64,000 bases of DNA from Octopus vulgaris (Eukaryota), in NCBI GenBank assembly GCA_951406725.2, contig OX597814.1, positions 138,570,001 to 138,634,000 on the forward strand, written 5' to 3'. A program made the position numbers and the translations under genes. The notes under the pieces were generated by a model that made no database searches, had not been told where the DNA came from, and was given only the letters and a program-made list of their open reading frames with translations. Shown piece by piece: positions 12,001-25,910 of this stretch (its first letter is position 1; every line of letters begins with the position of its first letter).

Positions 12001-13011
12001 TTTGTCAATCAATCATGGACACTTGGGTCCTCCTTTACATGATTCACTCAGCTATCAGAATTATGCTTTCGACGGCAATATCCAACTGTAAATGCTTGTG
12101 TGTAAAGCTCTTAATTGTTACTATGAATATTTTAGCGGTCCCGTTGAGGAAATGAAATATAAGGATTTGACTCACAAATAGAACGAGGAAAAGAAATGGA
12201 AGCCAAAAAAATACAAAGAAATAATGTCGGTGCAAGTTCAGTTGTCGTCTCTCGCAGGCGAGAATGAATTGGAACTTTGTGGTATGCATTCACTAATTGT
12301 TTCAGTTTTCTATGTAGTGTCGAACAGATATAGACACTTTCTCGTTCCTCTCACTATTTACTCGGTGGAATATCGAGTATATGACTTTTTGACATCTATA
12401 GAAAGAAAAGTATAGAGACAAAAAGAGAAAGAGAGAGAGAGAGAGAGGGGGGAACAGGGATAAATAAATATAGAAAAAGAAGTATAGAGGGAGAGGGAGA
12501 GAAAAGAATCGGAAAAGAGAGAAAGAGAGAGAGAGAGAGAGAGAAGTATAACGTGAGAGAGAAAAAGAGAGATAAATAGATAGAAAGAGAGGGGGAGAGA
12601 TAGAGATAGAGAGAAAGAGGATCAGAGCGAAAGCTGCACCAGTATTCGGTTGGTTTTCCGTTCTAGCAGAGTAGACTGGAGTAACGTGTTGTGAATTGCC
12701 TCATTCTACGACACAACACGACGCCCGGCTCAAGAATTGAACCCACGATCTTTTCATCGCGAAGCTAACATCCTAGTCACTAGGCCACGTCCTTTTACAA
12801 AGGCAAAACATTTTGAGGGAAAATGAGCAGTTGTTGGGTTTTGGTTGATACCACTTTAATTTGATGCAAATTAGAGAGATGTCTTATTTAGTCATGCAAT
12901 CCCCAAATTAGCCGCTTACCATCACATTTGCAATGTTTAAAGCAATTATCGCATTTACTCTTGTAAATGTTGTGCGATTTTATACTTAATTTCAACTGAA
13001 AATATTGGGTT

Positions 13012-13013
<2 letters not shown>

Positions 13014-13098
<85 letters not shown>
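13014..13098. repeat. (TA)n microsatellite
   Basis: Seen directly. Similar tracts at about 897-948, 14287-14360, 25758-25828, 43900-44170 and 60522-60569. Confidence 0.95.
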
Positions 13099-13100
<2 letters not shown>

Positions 13101-13297
13101 AAACATAGTTTGAATACGAAGGAAAAATATTTTGCATGATGATTTAACTCTAAATTAGAAATTTGACTTTTTACACTTTTTATACGGTAATGGATTACCT
13201 GTTTGCATATATATATATACAAACGCACACATACCCATTTCCTCATACACCATTAACAGCAGAGGCGTAATCATTTCATTTATAAGTGATTACAGGT

Positions 13298-13760
13298 AAG
13301 GCGGTGAGCTTGCAGAATCGTTACCGTGTTGGACGAAACGTTAAGCGGCATTTACATCTGGCACTTTACGTTCTGAGTTCAAATTCCGTCGAGGTCGACT
13401 TCATCTTGCATCATTTCAAGTTCGATCAAACGAGTACCAGTCATGTACTGGAAGAGGTGTGTGTGTGTGTGGGGGGGCGATGTAATCGACTTCTCTCCCT
13501 CCTTGAGCCAATATTTAGAAAAGATAATTACTGATAGAAATGAAGACGACGAGCTAGGAGAATAGTTAACGCGCTGGACAAAATGCTCAACGGCATTTCT
13601 CTCAGCATTACGTTCTGAGATCAAATTTCGCCAAGGTCGTCTTTGCCCATCGCCTTTTCTGGGTTGCTAAAATAGGTATCAGCCGATCTCTGGGCTCGAT
13701 GCAGTCGACTAACTCCCTCCCACTAAATTTCAGGTCGTCTGCCTAAAGTAGAAAGTATTG
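13298..13760 (+). mobile_element. Two tandem SINEs, family B (tRNA head plus Meta/MESC-like domain)
   Basis: aaggcggtgagct...gagttcaaattccgtcgaggtcgacttcatcttgcatc, with a second copy from about 13545. The domain name is from recollection and is unverified. Confidence 0.75.
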
Positions 13761-14285
13761 TTACTCATATTGGTGGACAATACCGTCGAGCATGCTGTGT
13801 GAAACTGGTTTCGATATTCGATTTCAAATATTCCTCGCTTTTACCTAACTTGCCTCTGAAAAAGGCATAAACATAATTCCTCCTCACTTCTTTCTCGTGT
13901 GCAATTTCCATACTTCATAGAAATGAACTTGGCTTATTTTACAAAATTACAACTGGAACAATTATGAAAATATACAAGCAAGCAAATAACGCAAATTAAA
14001 ATATTATTTTCCTCAATACTGTTTCGAAATTTAACACAGTAATAGAATTAAAAAAAAAAAAAAAGGGAGGATAATGCAAATCAATGAGCTAGAAAAATAA
14101 GATTAGTTCTTTTTTTTTTCTTCTTTCACGACTGAAATTTCCATCAGAAGACACCAACCGTTGATCTTAATACATTTTCCATTTCTCTCCTCTTTTAACT
14201 TTATATTCATTCTTCCATTAAAAAAAAACAAAACAAAAGAACTTTACAATTCTTTCTGTTTGTCTATGCGTCTCCCTGCCTTTCC

Positions 14286-14374
<89 letters not shown>

Positions 14375-15153
14375 CATATTTATATATATATACATATACA
14401 TATACACACACATATACACACTCACACACATACATCCCCACCTCTCTCTCCCTCTGCCCCTGTTTCTCTATTATTGTGCATTTTCTGTTTTAGACCTACT
14501 TAGTTGTCTAGCTACGTGTCAACTTCAATTTGTATTTTAATTTCATATTTTCTTAGACTCTATCTATTTATTTTTCAATAACTTATCGAATTTCTGTCAG
14601 TTTTCATAGTGTATATTTTTCAGCTAATTGTCAATTGAAGGTTGGCAAAACAATTCAATTTCGCCAACATTATATACCACACACAGTGAATAATGCTAAA
14701 GCTGTAATAATATATTTCGCCTAAAATTAGCCACAGCTATTAAATTGGCTATAGAAATAGGGACATACGTGATTGATCTTTCTGTATATTGTATAAAATA
14801 CATGTTGCTGTTGCATGAGATTAGATTTTATTCTCTCAACCAGATATTAATAGAGAAATAAACAGACAAACAATATGCAAAGTGAATATTTTAGTAAAAT
14901 GCTAACATCAGCCGAGCGGAGAGTGATGAGCGAATGAATATTTTTACAGTTTAAATAGCTTTAATTTCTTCTTTTGATATGCACAAAGCTATTATTGTGT
15001 AAGAGTGAGAAACGAATTGAATGTGTGACGTTTACAACTCCCAGTGTTTACAAACTGTGAAAGTCAATAATTTCTTACACTGACCATAAATAATGTCACC
15101 AATCTGTACTGGAGTCAATGGACTCAGATTAATGACATACACAATACAAAACT

Positions 15154-15606
15154 AGGAGCAGGCTGTTGTTAAGAAGCTGGCTTTGAAACCGTGCGGTTTC
15201 AGGTTTTCGTCCCAGTGCGCAGCACCTTGGGTGGATGTTTTTTACTAAAATCCCCGGTTGACAATTGTTTTGCAAGTGAATTTGGTGGAAGAAATCTGTA
15301 AGTTAATCGTATCTATATTTATACTCCTTTGTGTGTATGTATGTGTGTGTGTGGTGTGTGTGTGTGTGTGTGTGTGTGAGTGTGTGTGTGTGTGCGTGTG
15401 TTCATGCGCGCGCGTACCTTTGTGTTTGTCCTGCCTACCGCCTGACAATTGGTAACTTAGCGGTTCGGCAAAACTGTCCAACAGGATAAATACCAGACTT
15501 AAGAAAACATAATTACTAGGGTTGATTTGTCCGGCTACACCCTTCAAGGCGGTGCCCCAGCCATGACCGCTGTCCAATGACTGAAAGAAGTTAAGTGAAA
15601 CAAAAG
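15154..15606 (+). mobile_element. SINE family A copy with expanded internal (GT)n
   Basis: gcagcaccttggg...aacttagcggttcggcaaaa...aaggcggtgccccagc. Confidence 0.8.
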
Positions 15607-15849
15607 AAATGAACACAAACAAGTGTTTCTATGACATCCGATGAGAAATAAGGAAAAGAACACAAAATAGACACAATCAACCTGAGATTTTCAAATCTTA
15701 GAGAAAGATTTAAAACAATTCGTTGGAATGCGTTTAGCCTGGCATCGTACAGTATTTCTCACTCTCTACTCAGTTGAACAGATGAAAAGAAATAAACAAG
15801 CGAAAACAAAAAACAAATTATTATTCTTCTACGTAATGCACGGTTTTAA

Positions 15850-16167
15850 CCTCTTAACATTCACGTACCTTTCGATTTCCATACAAAAAATATGATATTC
15901 TTTTTATCATTTATTTTAAATCTGTATATAAGGAAGAATAAATACACAAAATATTTTGGATCAGTTATGATCTATTATGAAATTACTGACAGAAACGATA
16001 GTTACTGAAAGTTAATGATAGAAAAGGAGAATAATGTCACGCACGAAGTATTTCGCGTTAGAAATAAGTGACAGATACTTCAGAGTACAGTGAACGTATA
16101 TTTTTGTTCAAATATGTATTTACCAGACATCTCTGAACAACAATGCACGGGATAATATGTTAAGAGG
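15850..16167. mobile_element. piggyBac-type MITE
   Basis: TTAA|cctcttaacat ... atgttaagagg|TTAA, giving an 11-bp TIR and a TTAA TSD. Confidence 0.75.
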
Positions 16168-16374
16168 TTAATGCAACGCGTTTTCTTATTTTAGTCTTTA
16201 TGAGAACTCTGCACTGAGTGACACTTACAGTAGAAACAGTTGTAAGCTAATGTCAATGATTGCGTATTGCGTATGTCTTGTTCTTTCATCACTAACCGTC
16301 ATTAGGCTGTGTAGGGATCTGAAGTTCTATCACCTGGTTGTCATTATCGCTATGCCTAAGCAGTCTTATAACAT

Positions 16375-16428
<54 letters not shown>

Positions 16429-16430
16429 AT

Positions 16431-16468
<38 letters not shown>

Positions 16469-16618
16469 AAATTGATTGTTACATACACACATGTAGTAAG
16501 TGAGAAGGGATCAGATAATCAAGGACAGCACTCCTGCGAGTGGGTTTTATCTGGAATTATACGAAGGAGAATTTATCTAGTAGAAACATTCATGTGTGTT
16601 TCTGTGCATGTGTGTGTA

Positions 16619-16654
<36 letters not shown>

Positions 16655-16772
16655 TCAGTGTGTGTACAAGTATGTACTTAGAATAATTTTTTGAAGGACA
16701 AGAGAAGTCAAATTAATGTTACGTTTCAATGCACGGCCACGGCCACTGGTTTCGTATTACATACAATAATTA

Positions 16773-19150
16773 CTCTGAGCAGCAAAGACTTTGCTACTGG
16801 GGTAAAAGTATGTGTTTTAGACTAAATCGAGGAAGTTGATTCCGAATCCGCACTCAGAATTGTTCTAACATGTCAGGATTTTGTGTTATGAGCATGTGCA
16901 AGATTATAATTATACTTTCGGTTAGATATCGACCGTATTATAAAATCTGTTAAAATGAAAGCTGTCTTCATTTAAAATTAAAGAAATGTCAGCAACATAA
17001 CAAACGATAAGAAAGTTCATTATTTAGCTTAGCAATAGATGGCGCTGACGTATTATGTGCAAGCGCCAAATACATCAGTTTGTTCTTGGTAACTCTCAGT
17101 GTCGTTTCCACTGCCATCACGTGTAGTATGTGTATCTCTCGCTCCGCGTGATTACTGTTTTAACTGTGTTCATTGTGTTACATTATGAATAGGAGAGGCT
17201 GTGTGAATCACTCAGACAACTTTTGTTATGTCTGTGGAAAATTTGCTTCGTGTGACCAGCGGAAGAACATTGCCACAATATTAAAAACTGCCTCTAAATA
17301 TTATTTCGGGTGTAATGTTGGGGACCAAGACAAGAGTTGGACACTTCAGATATGCTGCACCGTGTGTTACTCAGGGCTTACACAGTGGCTGAATGGAAAA
17401 CGGAAAGGTATGGCGTGAGCCAACTAATCATGTCTCTGTTACTATTGCATAACTAATATTAGTGGTTTCTCAAAGAAAACCAAAGCAAAAATTATGTATG
17501 CAGAGTATATGTCGGCTCTAAAACCGGTTCCACATGACTTCGAGAACCCTGTCCCAGTTTCCCTCTCACATGATTCATTTGAAGACCTTGACACGTCGCA
17601 CGATGAACACCTTGATTCTCCTATCCACGAAGAGTACGTAGTTGATTCTATGAAAAATGAGCCGCGCTTGTTTAATCAAGAAGATTGAACGATTTAGTAA
17701 GAGACCAAGCGTTGTCAAAGGAGAAGGCAGAAGTTTTGGGATCCAGACTACAGCAACGGAATCTCCTAATGCAAGGTACGAAAATGGCCATTTTCCTTTC
17801 CTGCCATGAGGGCTTATCTATCTTTTTCAAGTAAGAAAATAATGCTTGTTTCTGTACTGATGTTAATGCACTCATGCAAAAACTAGGACACGTGCATGTG
17901 GCTAACGAATGGAGATTGTTTATAGACTCGAGTAAGGTTAGCGTCAAAGCTGTATTGTTGCATAATGGTAATGTAAACCCTTCCATTCCTGTGGGTCATG
18001 TTGTCGGTATGGAAGAAACTTAAGAATCGATGGAAGTCATTCTGAAAAGAGTTAATTACTCAGTTCATAAGTGGAATATTTGTGGTGATTTAAAGGTGAT
18101 TTCCATCCTCCTAGGACTGCAGCTGGGATATACCAAAAATATGTGCTTCTTGTGTGTTTGGAACAACCGCAACGACAGCAATCATTACACTGTAAAAGAC
18201 TGGCCTAAAAGAGATGAGCATATAGTTGGTCGGTACAATGTGCAGCATATGCCACTGGTAGACCTGCAAAATGTCTTCTTTTCACCCTTCACATCATACT
18301 CGACCTCATAAAAAACTTCTGAAAAGCAATGACGCACGATGGTTGTGGTTTTCAGTACCTAAAATTAAGATTTAGTGATGAGAAAAGTGACGCAAAACTG
18401 AAAGCAGGGATTTTCCTTAAACCCGAGATCAAAGAATTGATGTCTGATAGAAAATTCAGAGGTAAACTGAATCAAGTTGAGATGACGGCATGGAATTCCT
18501 TCGTGTTAGTTGTACAGATCTTTCTTGGAAATTATAGAGCTGAAAACTCTGCTGATTTAATGAACAACATGCTAACAGCGTATGAAAGAATGAGATACCG
18601 AATGTCCCTTAAAATGAACTTCTTGCAATCTCATCTCGATTTATTTCCAACGAATCTTGGTGCAGTTAGCGATTAGCATGGTGAGAGGTTCCACCAGGAC
18701 ATATTTGAAATGAAAACGATATATTAAGGCCAGTTCAATCCACACATGATGGAGTGACTACTGCTGGTTCCTACAACGAGAGACTATCACGGTGTATAAG
18801 CACAAGAGCAAGTGTCTCAAACATTTTTGAGCTGAGCGTATCAAAAATAAAGACAGTATTCCCTTAACATAAATATACTAAATATACTATGTACCATTAA
18901 ATTATAATATTATTTCCCTTGAACATAAATATACTATATACAGTACTAATATACTACTATAATTATTTACCTTGAACTTAACTATTCCTGATACTAATAT
19001 AGTATTAATATATAATTATGTGCATAACTCAAAATCCTGACGTGCTACAACAATTCCGAGTTTTGATTGGGAATCAGCGTACCTGATTTAGTTTAGTACA
19101 GCACTATTTGCCTGGGTAGCAGACAATAATTTTTTTGCTGTTGCCCAGTG
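16773..19150 (+). mobile_element. Chapaev3-like (CMC superfamily) DNA transposon, full length, defective
   Basis: TTA on both sides. Termini ctctgagcagca / tgttgcccagtg. Imperfect TIRs of about 120 bp sharing gtcaggatttt..gttatg. Confidence 0.85.
17185..18830 (+). pseudogene. Chapaev-type transposase with stops and frameshifts
   Basis: C.NHSDNFCYVCG, CCTVC, WRLFIDSSKVSVKAVLLHNGN, ICGDLKVISILLGLQLGYTKNMCFLC, LKAGIF, MSLKM.FL.SHLD.FP.NLGAVSD*HGERFHQDI. Confidence 0.9.
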
Positions 19151-20194
19151 TTATATAATGTTATGTATTAAATCTAGAGGCAATTAACTTCGTCAGACAT
19201 TCTTATTTTGACTCAGAACTGCATATAAACGCGTAAAATCGACTTCCTATATGCATTACTTTATGAGATACTAGAAGATACATTCTGGCTGCAGCGAAAG
19301 GAAATAGCTTTAACCTGATATTTGAAACTGCACCGATAAAGTTATTATATGTTTGTTGAATGCTTGTCACGAGAGAAGTTTGCATTAAAGCTGAAATTTA
19401 ATAACAAAAATATTAAATATTTAAGAAATAGTAATAATAATAATAATAAATTTGCTATGAATCTCTCGAGTATCTTTTTTTTTTTTGTCTATGCTGATTG
19501 TAAATTTTAGTTTACTTGTCTTCGATAACATGAACAACAACCACAATCAGATCAGCAACTATAACTATAGCAATATCTACACTGAAATTGTTTCCAAACA
19601 TATTTTATTTTAAATACAGAATTTTTCAATGATTAAAAATAACATTTTAAAGAGATTTAATATATTTCTATTTTTATAAACTGATTTATGGAAATAGTCA
19701 CTTAAGTAACCCAATCGCTTTTACGTAGCATTCAGTTAAAATGTACAAGACAGCAATGTCTCAGCGTGAATCAACATACTCATATGCACGAATGTATGTG
19801 AGTGTGTGTGTACGAGTAAGTGTGCATGTGAATGCATGCATGTATGTGTGTGTGCGTTCGCGCGCGCGCGCCTGTGTGTCTATGTGTTTGTGTGTGGAGA
19901 GCAAATCAGTGGATCAGTCATCACAATTTCCAATAGCATTGAAAATAAATAGTACAGACAGAAGATCTTCAAGTAGCAGGATGTTTACTTGCGGAAGGCG
20001 GCGGAAAATTCAACGTGCAATGTTTAATAAATGTCCTTAATTCAATTTTGATGCATAAATGCATAAATCTTCGTGACATTCTTTTCATTGTGTCAAAGAT
20101 TTCTACTATGTCTTCCATTTCCTTCCATAATGGAACGTATTATAAGCGTAACGCTCGAACACATGTCGTAACAAGCAGAGTAATATTATATAGA

Positions 20195-20604
20195 TTACTC
20201 TTTTATTCTTTTACTTGTTTCAGTCATTTAACTGTGGCCAGGCTGGAGCACTGCCTTTAGTCGAGCAAATCGGCCCCAGGAATTATTCTTTGTAAGCCTA
20301 GTACTTATTCTATCGGTCTCTTTTGCCGAACTGCCAAGTTACGGGGACGCAAACACACCAGCATCGATTGTCAAGTGATGTTGTGGGGACAAACACAGAC
20401 GCACAAACATATACACACGCATATATATATATATACATATATACGACGGGTTTCTTTTAGTTTCTATCTACCAAATCCACTCACAAGACTTTGTTCAGCC
20501 GGAGTTTAAAGTAGAAGACACTTGCCCATGGTATCACGCAGTGGGAATGAACCCGAAACCATGTGGTTCGTAAGCAAGCTACTTACCACACAGCCACTCC
20601 TACG
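20195..20604 (-). mobile_element. SINE family A copy, near full length
   Basis: Highly similar to 2527-2935. Confidence 0.85.
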
Positions 20605-21297
20605 AATAAGAGACTGAACTTTGGACAAAGTGCCTTCAGTAATTTAGATATAAATTCCAATCCCGGTGAGGCAATATTTGTGTTTTGTTTACTAACAAAA
20701 GAAAGCACGCGACTGAGACTCTGGAGGTTGACTAAATGGGTTATATTCATCATCGAAATTTGTAATTTTATGCAAATATAAAAAAAAAATCATTATTACT
20801 GAAAGGGTGAGGATAGATCTTTTGTTGTTGTTGTTGTTTAGCGCCTGGTCAACTCAAAGGCATTCCAGTAGGGTTTGTGGATCTATAATTCTAAATGTAT
20901 AGTTCCACTATATAAGATGGTGGGCTGTAGCTTGTGTGAAAATTACTGGTATTTCTAGCCGGTCGAAACGTATCTACTGCAGTAGATTTAAGGAAATGGT
21001 AGAGCACCAGTCAAAGTTGTACAACATATATTGAACAAGCTTTTCCCCTCCGACGTGATCAGCAGCTGCACAAAAATGTTATGAAGGTCCTGCTTCCCAA
21101 TGCGATATGACTTGATAATAATTAACTACTCGATATCAGTAGGATATCAAATGGTTAAATGAATATATACACCTCTCATACCTCCTAACTTTTTATATTA
21201 GAAAGAAAGAAAGATGCATACAAATATGATAGACATATATTAGTTTGAAGGAATCCTGGAAAAGAGGAATGTTGGCACTTACTACTAACTCGGAGGA

Positions 21298-21378
21298 GTT
21301 CCAACCGTGTTTCGTGGTCTGCTACCATAATAGCTCGTTTATAGGATCCAGCTAGCTCAAGACATCATCAGGAGGAAC
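21298..21378 (-). ncRNA. Hammerhead ribozyme motif with extended stem II
   Basis: Minus strand: gttcctc-CTGATGA-tgtct...agaccac-GAAA-cacg-GTT-ggaac. Stem I is gttcc/ggaac. Confidence 0.6.
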
Positions 21379-22547
21379 CACATCCGGTTTCGGCCCCTAC
21401 TCCTCTACCGTTTTGACGAGCCCCCCCCCTTTCGGCTGTACACGTAATTCCTGAAACGTATACAATTTAACAGAAACAAACTCAAAATCTAGAGTTCAGT
21501 GATTGGAAGAAAATTATTTTAAACGTCCCTTTTCTATGCATTAATTAGCTTTTTAATTCAGAAATCTAAAACTATCTTTAATATTTCTGCTGTCTAATTG
21601 TTGTTTAGCCAATCACAGTGTCTAGCCCTGACTATCTCTCGTTGGATAAAAATCAGCTTGCTGACCTTGACCTTTGTTACTGCGTCTGTCTTTCCAGTTC
21701 AGTCATTTACCCCGTCCATTAGCTGAAGTTAACAAAAACTGCTATAATGTCGACATGTGGAATATTCTATATGAATCCATATGAAAAGCAATGGTTTCCT
21801 ATGAGAAATATTGAAGACAGCCTTGTTTGAATAACTTAAAACGTTCTATTTAAACTGAACGTTACGATCTGCCAGTACAATGTCCTGAACAGCTGTAATT
21901 GAATGGCTGGTTTTGTGTTGCTGACACAAATTATTGAAACTGAAGCGTCAAGTACCGACCGTTAATACAGCTAGCCATTCTTTAACTACAAAAGCACATA
22001 CTTCAAAACATAAGGCTGCGCGTTAGATCTGCTAATCAGATGTCATTTAAATAAACATCTATTTGAAATCTCTTCAGCAAGCGTTGCATGTAATTACACG
22101 TAGGAATAAAGTTAGATTTCTATAGAAATTTTAAAAATAAACGAATCACTACGATGTTACATTAGCAAAAACATAATTGCAGATATTTTTATTCAGAAAT
22201 TTCTTTTGAATATATTTTCCTGAACAACAGTTATGAATATATCAGTTAAGTTTAAAGGTTTTAATCAAAACGTACTTTTCTACGGTGTGATTAAAACACA
22301 CGCATTCTCAAACACGCGTGCGCGTACGCACGCACACATACACGGCTGTACACGCATCTCCTCACGCATATATACACATTCTGAAACGTATGCAATTATA
22401 GATTGGAAATAAGCATTCCTGCATCAGTAAACAATCATAGACTTCGAAATTTTACTTCGGAAAACTCAAAAAACACATACATAAATATGTTACACATACA
22501 CGCAGGCTATATATATATATATATATATATACATATGTATACATAAC

Positions 22548-22584
<37 letters not shown>

Positions 22585-22589
22585 TACAT

Positions 22590-22620
<31 letters not shown>

Positions 22621-23130
22621 CATACTATATATACACATATATATATAAACATACTATATATACATATATACAATATATATTATATATTATATATATATAT
22701 TCGTATGTATGTGCTTATATGAATCTGTCTATCTATATATACATATACACATGTGAGTATGAATATATGTATGTATGTTTGTATGTATACAGACATACAG
22801 TCGCTCATACACATAACCGTTTTTATGCGTATATAGTTATCAATAGACAACTGCAAAGATAAACAGATTTATAGATTTATATAAGCGCTACATATCTATA
22901 GATAAATACCTTTGATGCTATACAGATAAGCAAACTCATATAGTTGTTATATAGATAGACACACAACGACAAACATTAACGAGTAACAATATATCGAGCC
23001 AATAAGAAAGCTTCTTCGTAGTCGATTCATTGAGCATTTAGAAATAGTAGCCAGATCTCTCTCGTATCCTGTTGTCCTGCCTTAAAAATGAATATTGCTT
23101 TAAATAACTTATAGCTGAAAAAAAAAGAAA

Positions 23131-23575
23131 GAGGAAGTGTGGCTATGAGGTAAAATGTTTGCTTCCCAGTCACAGGATTCCTGGTTAGGTCCAACTGCGT
23201 GGCACCTTAGGCAAGTGTCTTCTATAACCTTGAGCCGACCAAAGCTGTGTGAGTGTATTTGGTAGACGGAAACTGAAAGAAGCAAATCGTGTATATATAT
23301 ATAAAAACCTGCGACTTATGGTATCTCTAAGTTACGGAGACGTATGCACATCAATACACACACACACACACACACACACAGTCACACACACACATATTAT
23401 ATATATATATATATATATACATATATACATACATACATAACTTAGCGCTTCGGCAAAAGAGATACAATATGTCGCAGGTTTTTATAAAATAAATACGGGA
23501 ATCGATTGTTCGCCTAAAATTATTTAAGGCGGTGACCCAGCATGGCCACAGTCTAATGAGTAAAACTAGTAAAAG
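23131..23575 (+). mobile_element. SINE family A copy
   Basis: gcgtggcaccttaggcaagtgtcttcta ... aaggcggtgacccagcatggccacag. Confidence 0.8.
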
Positions 23576-23689
23576 GTTAAGATAGATGGTCACGTCAAGA
23601 ACGCTACTAATCTTAGGTTAGTCCCATCATCCGTCCTCAGGTGATAGAACAACATCAGCAATGGGAACAGCAGTATCTAAACATACTTT

Positions 23690-24110
23690 CTACTCTAGGC
23701 AGAAGCTTGAAAGTTTGAAGAATGTAGCTCGTGGAATACATCGACTCCGGTGCTCGAGCAGCACGTTATTGTATCGATCTCGAAAGGATGAAAGCAAAGT
23801 CGCCACAACGGAATTTGAACTAAGTACGCACAGCCAGGTATGCAGCTAAGCATTTAATCCAGATGCTAAACATTTTGCGAGCTTACCCACATATCAAATA
23901 ATCCTTTCTGTTATGGGCACAAAACCTGAAATATGACAGTAGTAAGGTAGTCAATTTGATCGACCCCAGTGCTCAGTTGGTATTTATTTCATCGACCCCG
24001 AAAGAATGAAAGGCAAAGCCAACCTTTGCAGAATTTGAACTCGAAGCATACAGCCGGAAGAAATGCGGCAAAGAATTTTGTTCGATGTGCTAACGATTCT
24101 GTCAGTTATC
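23690..24110 (-). mobile_element. Two SINE family B copies
   Basis: atcgaccccgaaagaatgaaaggcaaag-type motif at about 23780 and about 23995. Confidence 0.75.
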
Positions 24111-24469
24111 CAAACATCTAATAACGCTGACGCTAATGGCTCAATATATGCGACCGGGAGTCTTCCCTTTCTGTCACCATACCTAAACTAAAACTCACAT
24201 CGTCTCTGAAAACAGCTATGCTCTTTGTTGCTCTTAACTTAATCGCCTAAACTGAGTTTGATTATACTCTCTGGATCCGCAGGGAGAGGCAGTGTTCATT
24301 ATTTTGCTGTCTCTCTCTATATACCATTTCAACTGTTACAAGTCATCACCTACAGGTAAGACGTGAGGAGAGAAAAGAATTCAGAAGGATGATGTTCTGG
24401 GGGAAGAAAGAACTAGGAAAAAATGCAATTTGGATGGTAATGTTTTTTTTTTAGATCTTTCTTGAGTCA

Positions 24470-24680
24470 TACAGACACATTGGACCGGTTTCTAGACTTC
24501 TCTGGATGGGAAGCCGGTCCATCGCAGAATTACTCAGAATTTGTCAGCTGAGAGGACTGGAGTAAGTGAAATGAAATATTTTGCTTAAGAACACAACGCG
24601 TCGTCCGGCCCAGGAATCGAAACCACTATCTTACTGCCATAACTCCGATACCCTAACTACTAAGCCACGCGTCCTCCACG
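24470..24680 (-). mobile_element. tRNA-derived SINE (family C-like head)
   Basis: Minus strand: gtggaggacgcgtggcttagtagttagggt...gtttcgattcctgg...gtgttcttaagcaaa. Similar copies at about 12660-12795 and 54915-55180. Confidence 0.7.
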
Positions 24681-24719
24681 CACCTGGGAGCATTAGTTGT
24701 GATAAGGACAGATGATGAG

Positions 24720-25170
24720 AAGAGGTTAGACTTGTCGGTCAGGGATACCTTAGTGGTGGGGGTAAGAAAATGGTTAACTCTACGAAATAGAAGCCATTAT
24801 AGTAGCCATAGAAAAGATAGTGAAACAACACGTTTGTTGACAAAAGGGTGAGACATGTCTGTGTGTAGTCGAATACCTATCAGTTGAGTGACTCTTTCCT
24901 GAATCTGCTCCACGAAGTCTGTGTACGCCGTAGTATCGTCCCAGATGTAGAAGCAATAGTCTATTGTGGGACCCACTTAGACTTTGTAAAGTGTTAACAA
25001 TTATTAGGCACTGCATTATTGTTTGGCCTTGTTTAGGAACAGTTCTAGCTTTGTCAAGGACGTGCATTTGTCGAGGGTCAGCCTTGGAGCGACAATGAGA
25101 GCTTCAACTGACTGCCGCTGAAATTTAGTGGGATTGAGGTAGTGTTTTCTTGTTAGGGCAATGTTTGAAT
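24720..25170 (-). pseudogene. Decayed CR1/L2-group LINE fragment
   Basis: Minus-strand remnants LYKV.V.P, DYCFYIW, IQER...LIG and FYGYYNG....EL. Confidence 0.55.
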
Positions 25171-25753
25171 TAGCAATTGAAAAGGACAGGAAAAGAGAAG
25201 GAGAATAACGTCGGGTGAAGGAAAAGGAGAAAGTGATAGAGAGGAAACGATATAAAGAAAAGAGAAAGAAGAGAAAGGAGAAAGAGGGGAAAGAGAGGGG
25301 GAACTTTCATGGATTTATTTTTTATTCAGCAGGGTGATGGTATAATGTCGCGTTGCTCAACCGGCTGAAAATCTCTCTTGATCACACTCAAGCATTTTAA
25401 AATAACAAGTGTATTGAATAACAGCATTTTTAGTTATGAGGTCTAAGGCAGATTTTATCATAGGTTTCTTCGACTATGTGGCATGTGGAAATACAGTACG
25501 GTAGGAAAATGTTGCTCGAGCAAACGATGGGAGGTCTCAACCTATACATACATACACACACACACACTCTCTATCTCACACACACGCGCAAGCATATTTA
25601 TATCTTAGAAGATGGTATTTCTACGAGTAAATTTAATAATCTTCGGGTTTCTTTCCTATGCTGTATATTACAAAATACTCTATTTACATAAATCTCCATA
25701 AGTAAAATATTATATTTTTGTATTCATAGAAACATTCAGAATTGTGAAGAAAC

Positions 25754-25831
<78 letters not shown>

Positions 25832-25852
25832 TAGCCTAATTCAGTTGTTATG

Positions 25853-25910
<58 letters not shown>

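Noticed and set aside
24283-24355. Candidate exon (cgcag|...cag|gtaag)
   Set aside because: Good splice signals but no recognisable peptide or partner exons. Needs RNA-seq.
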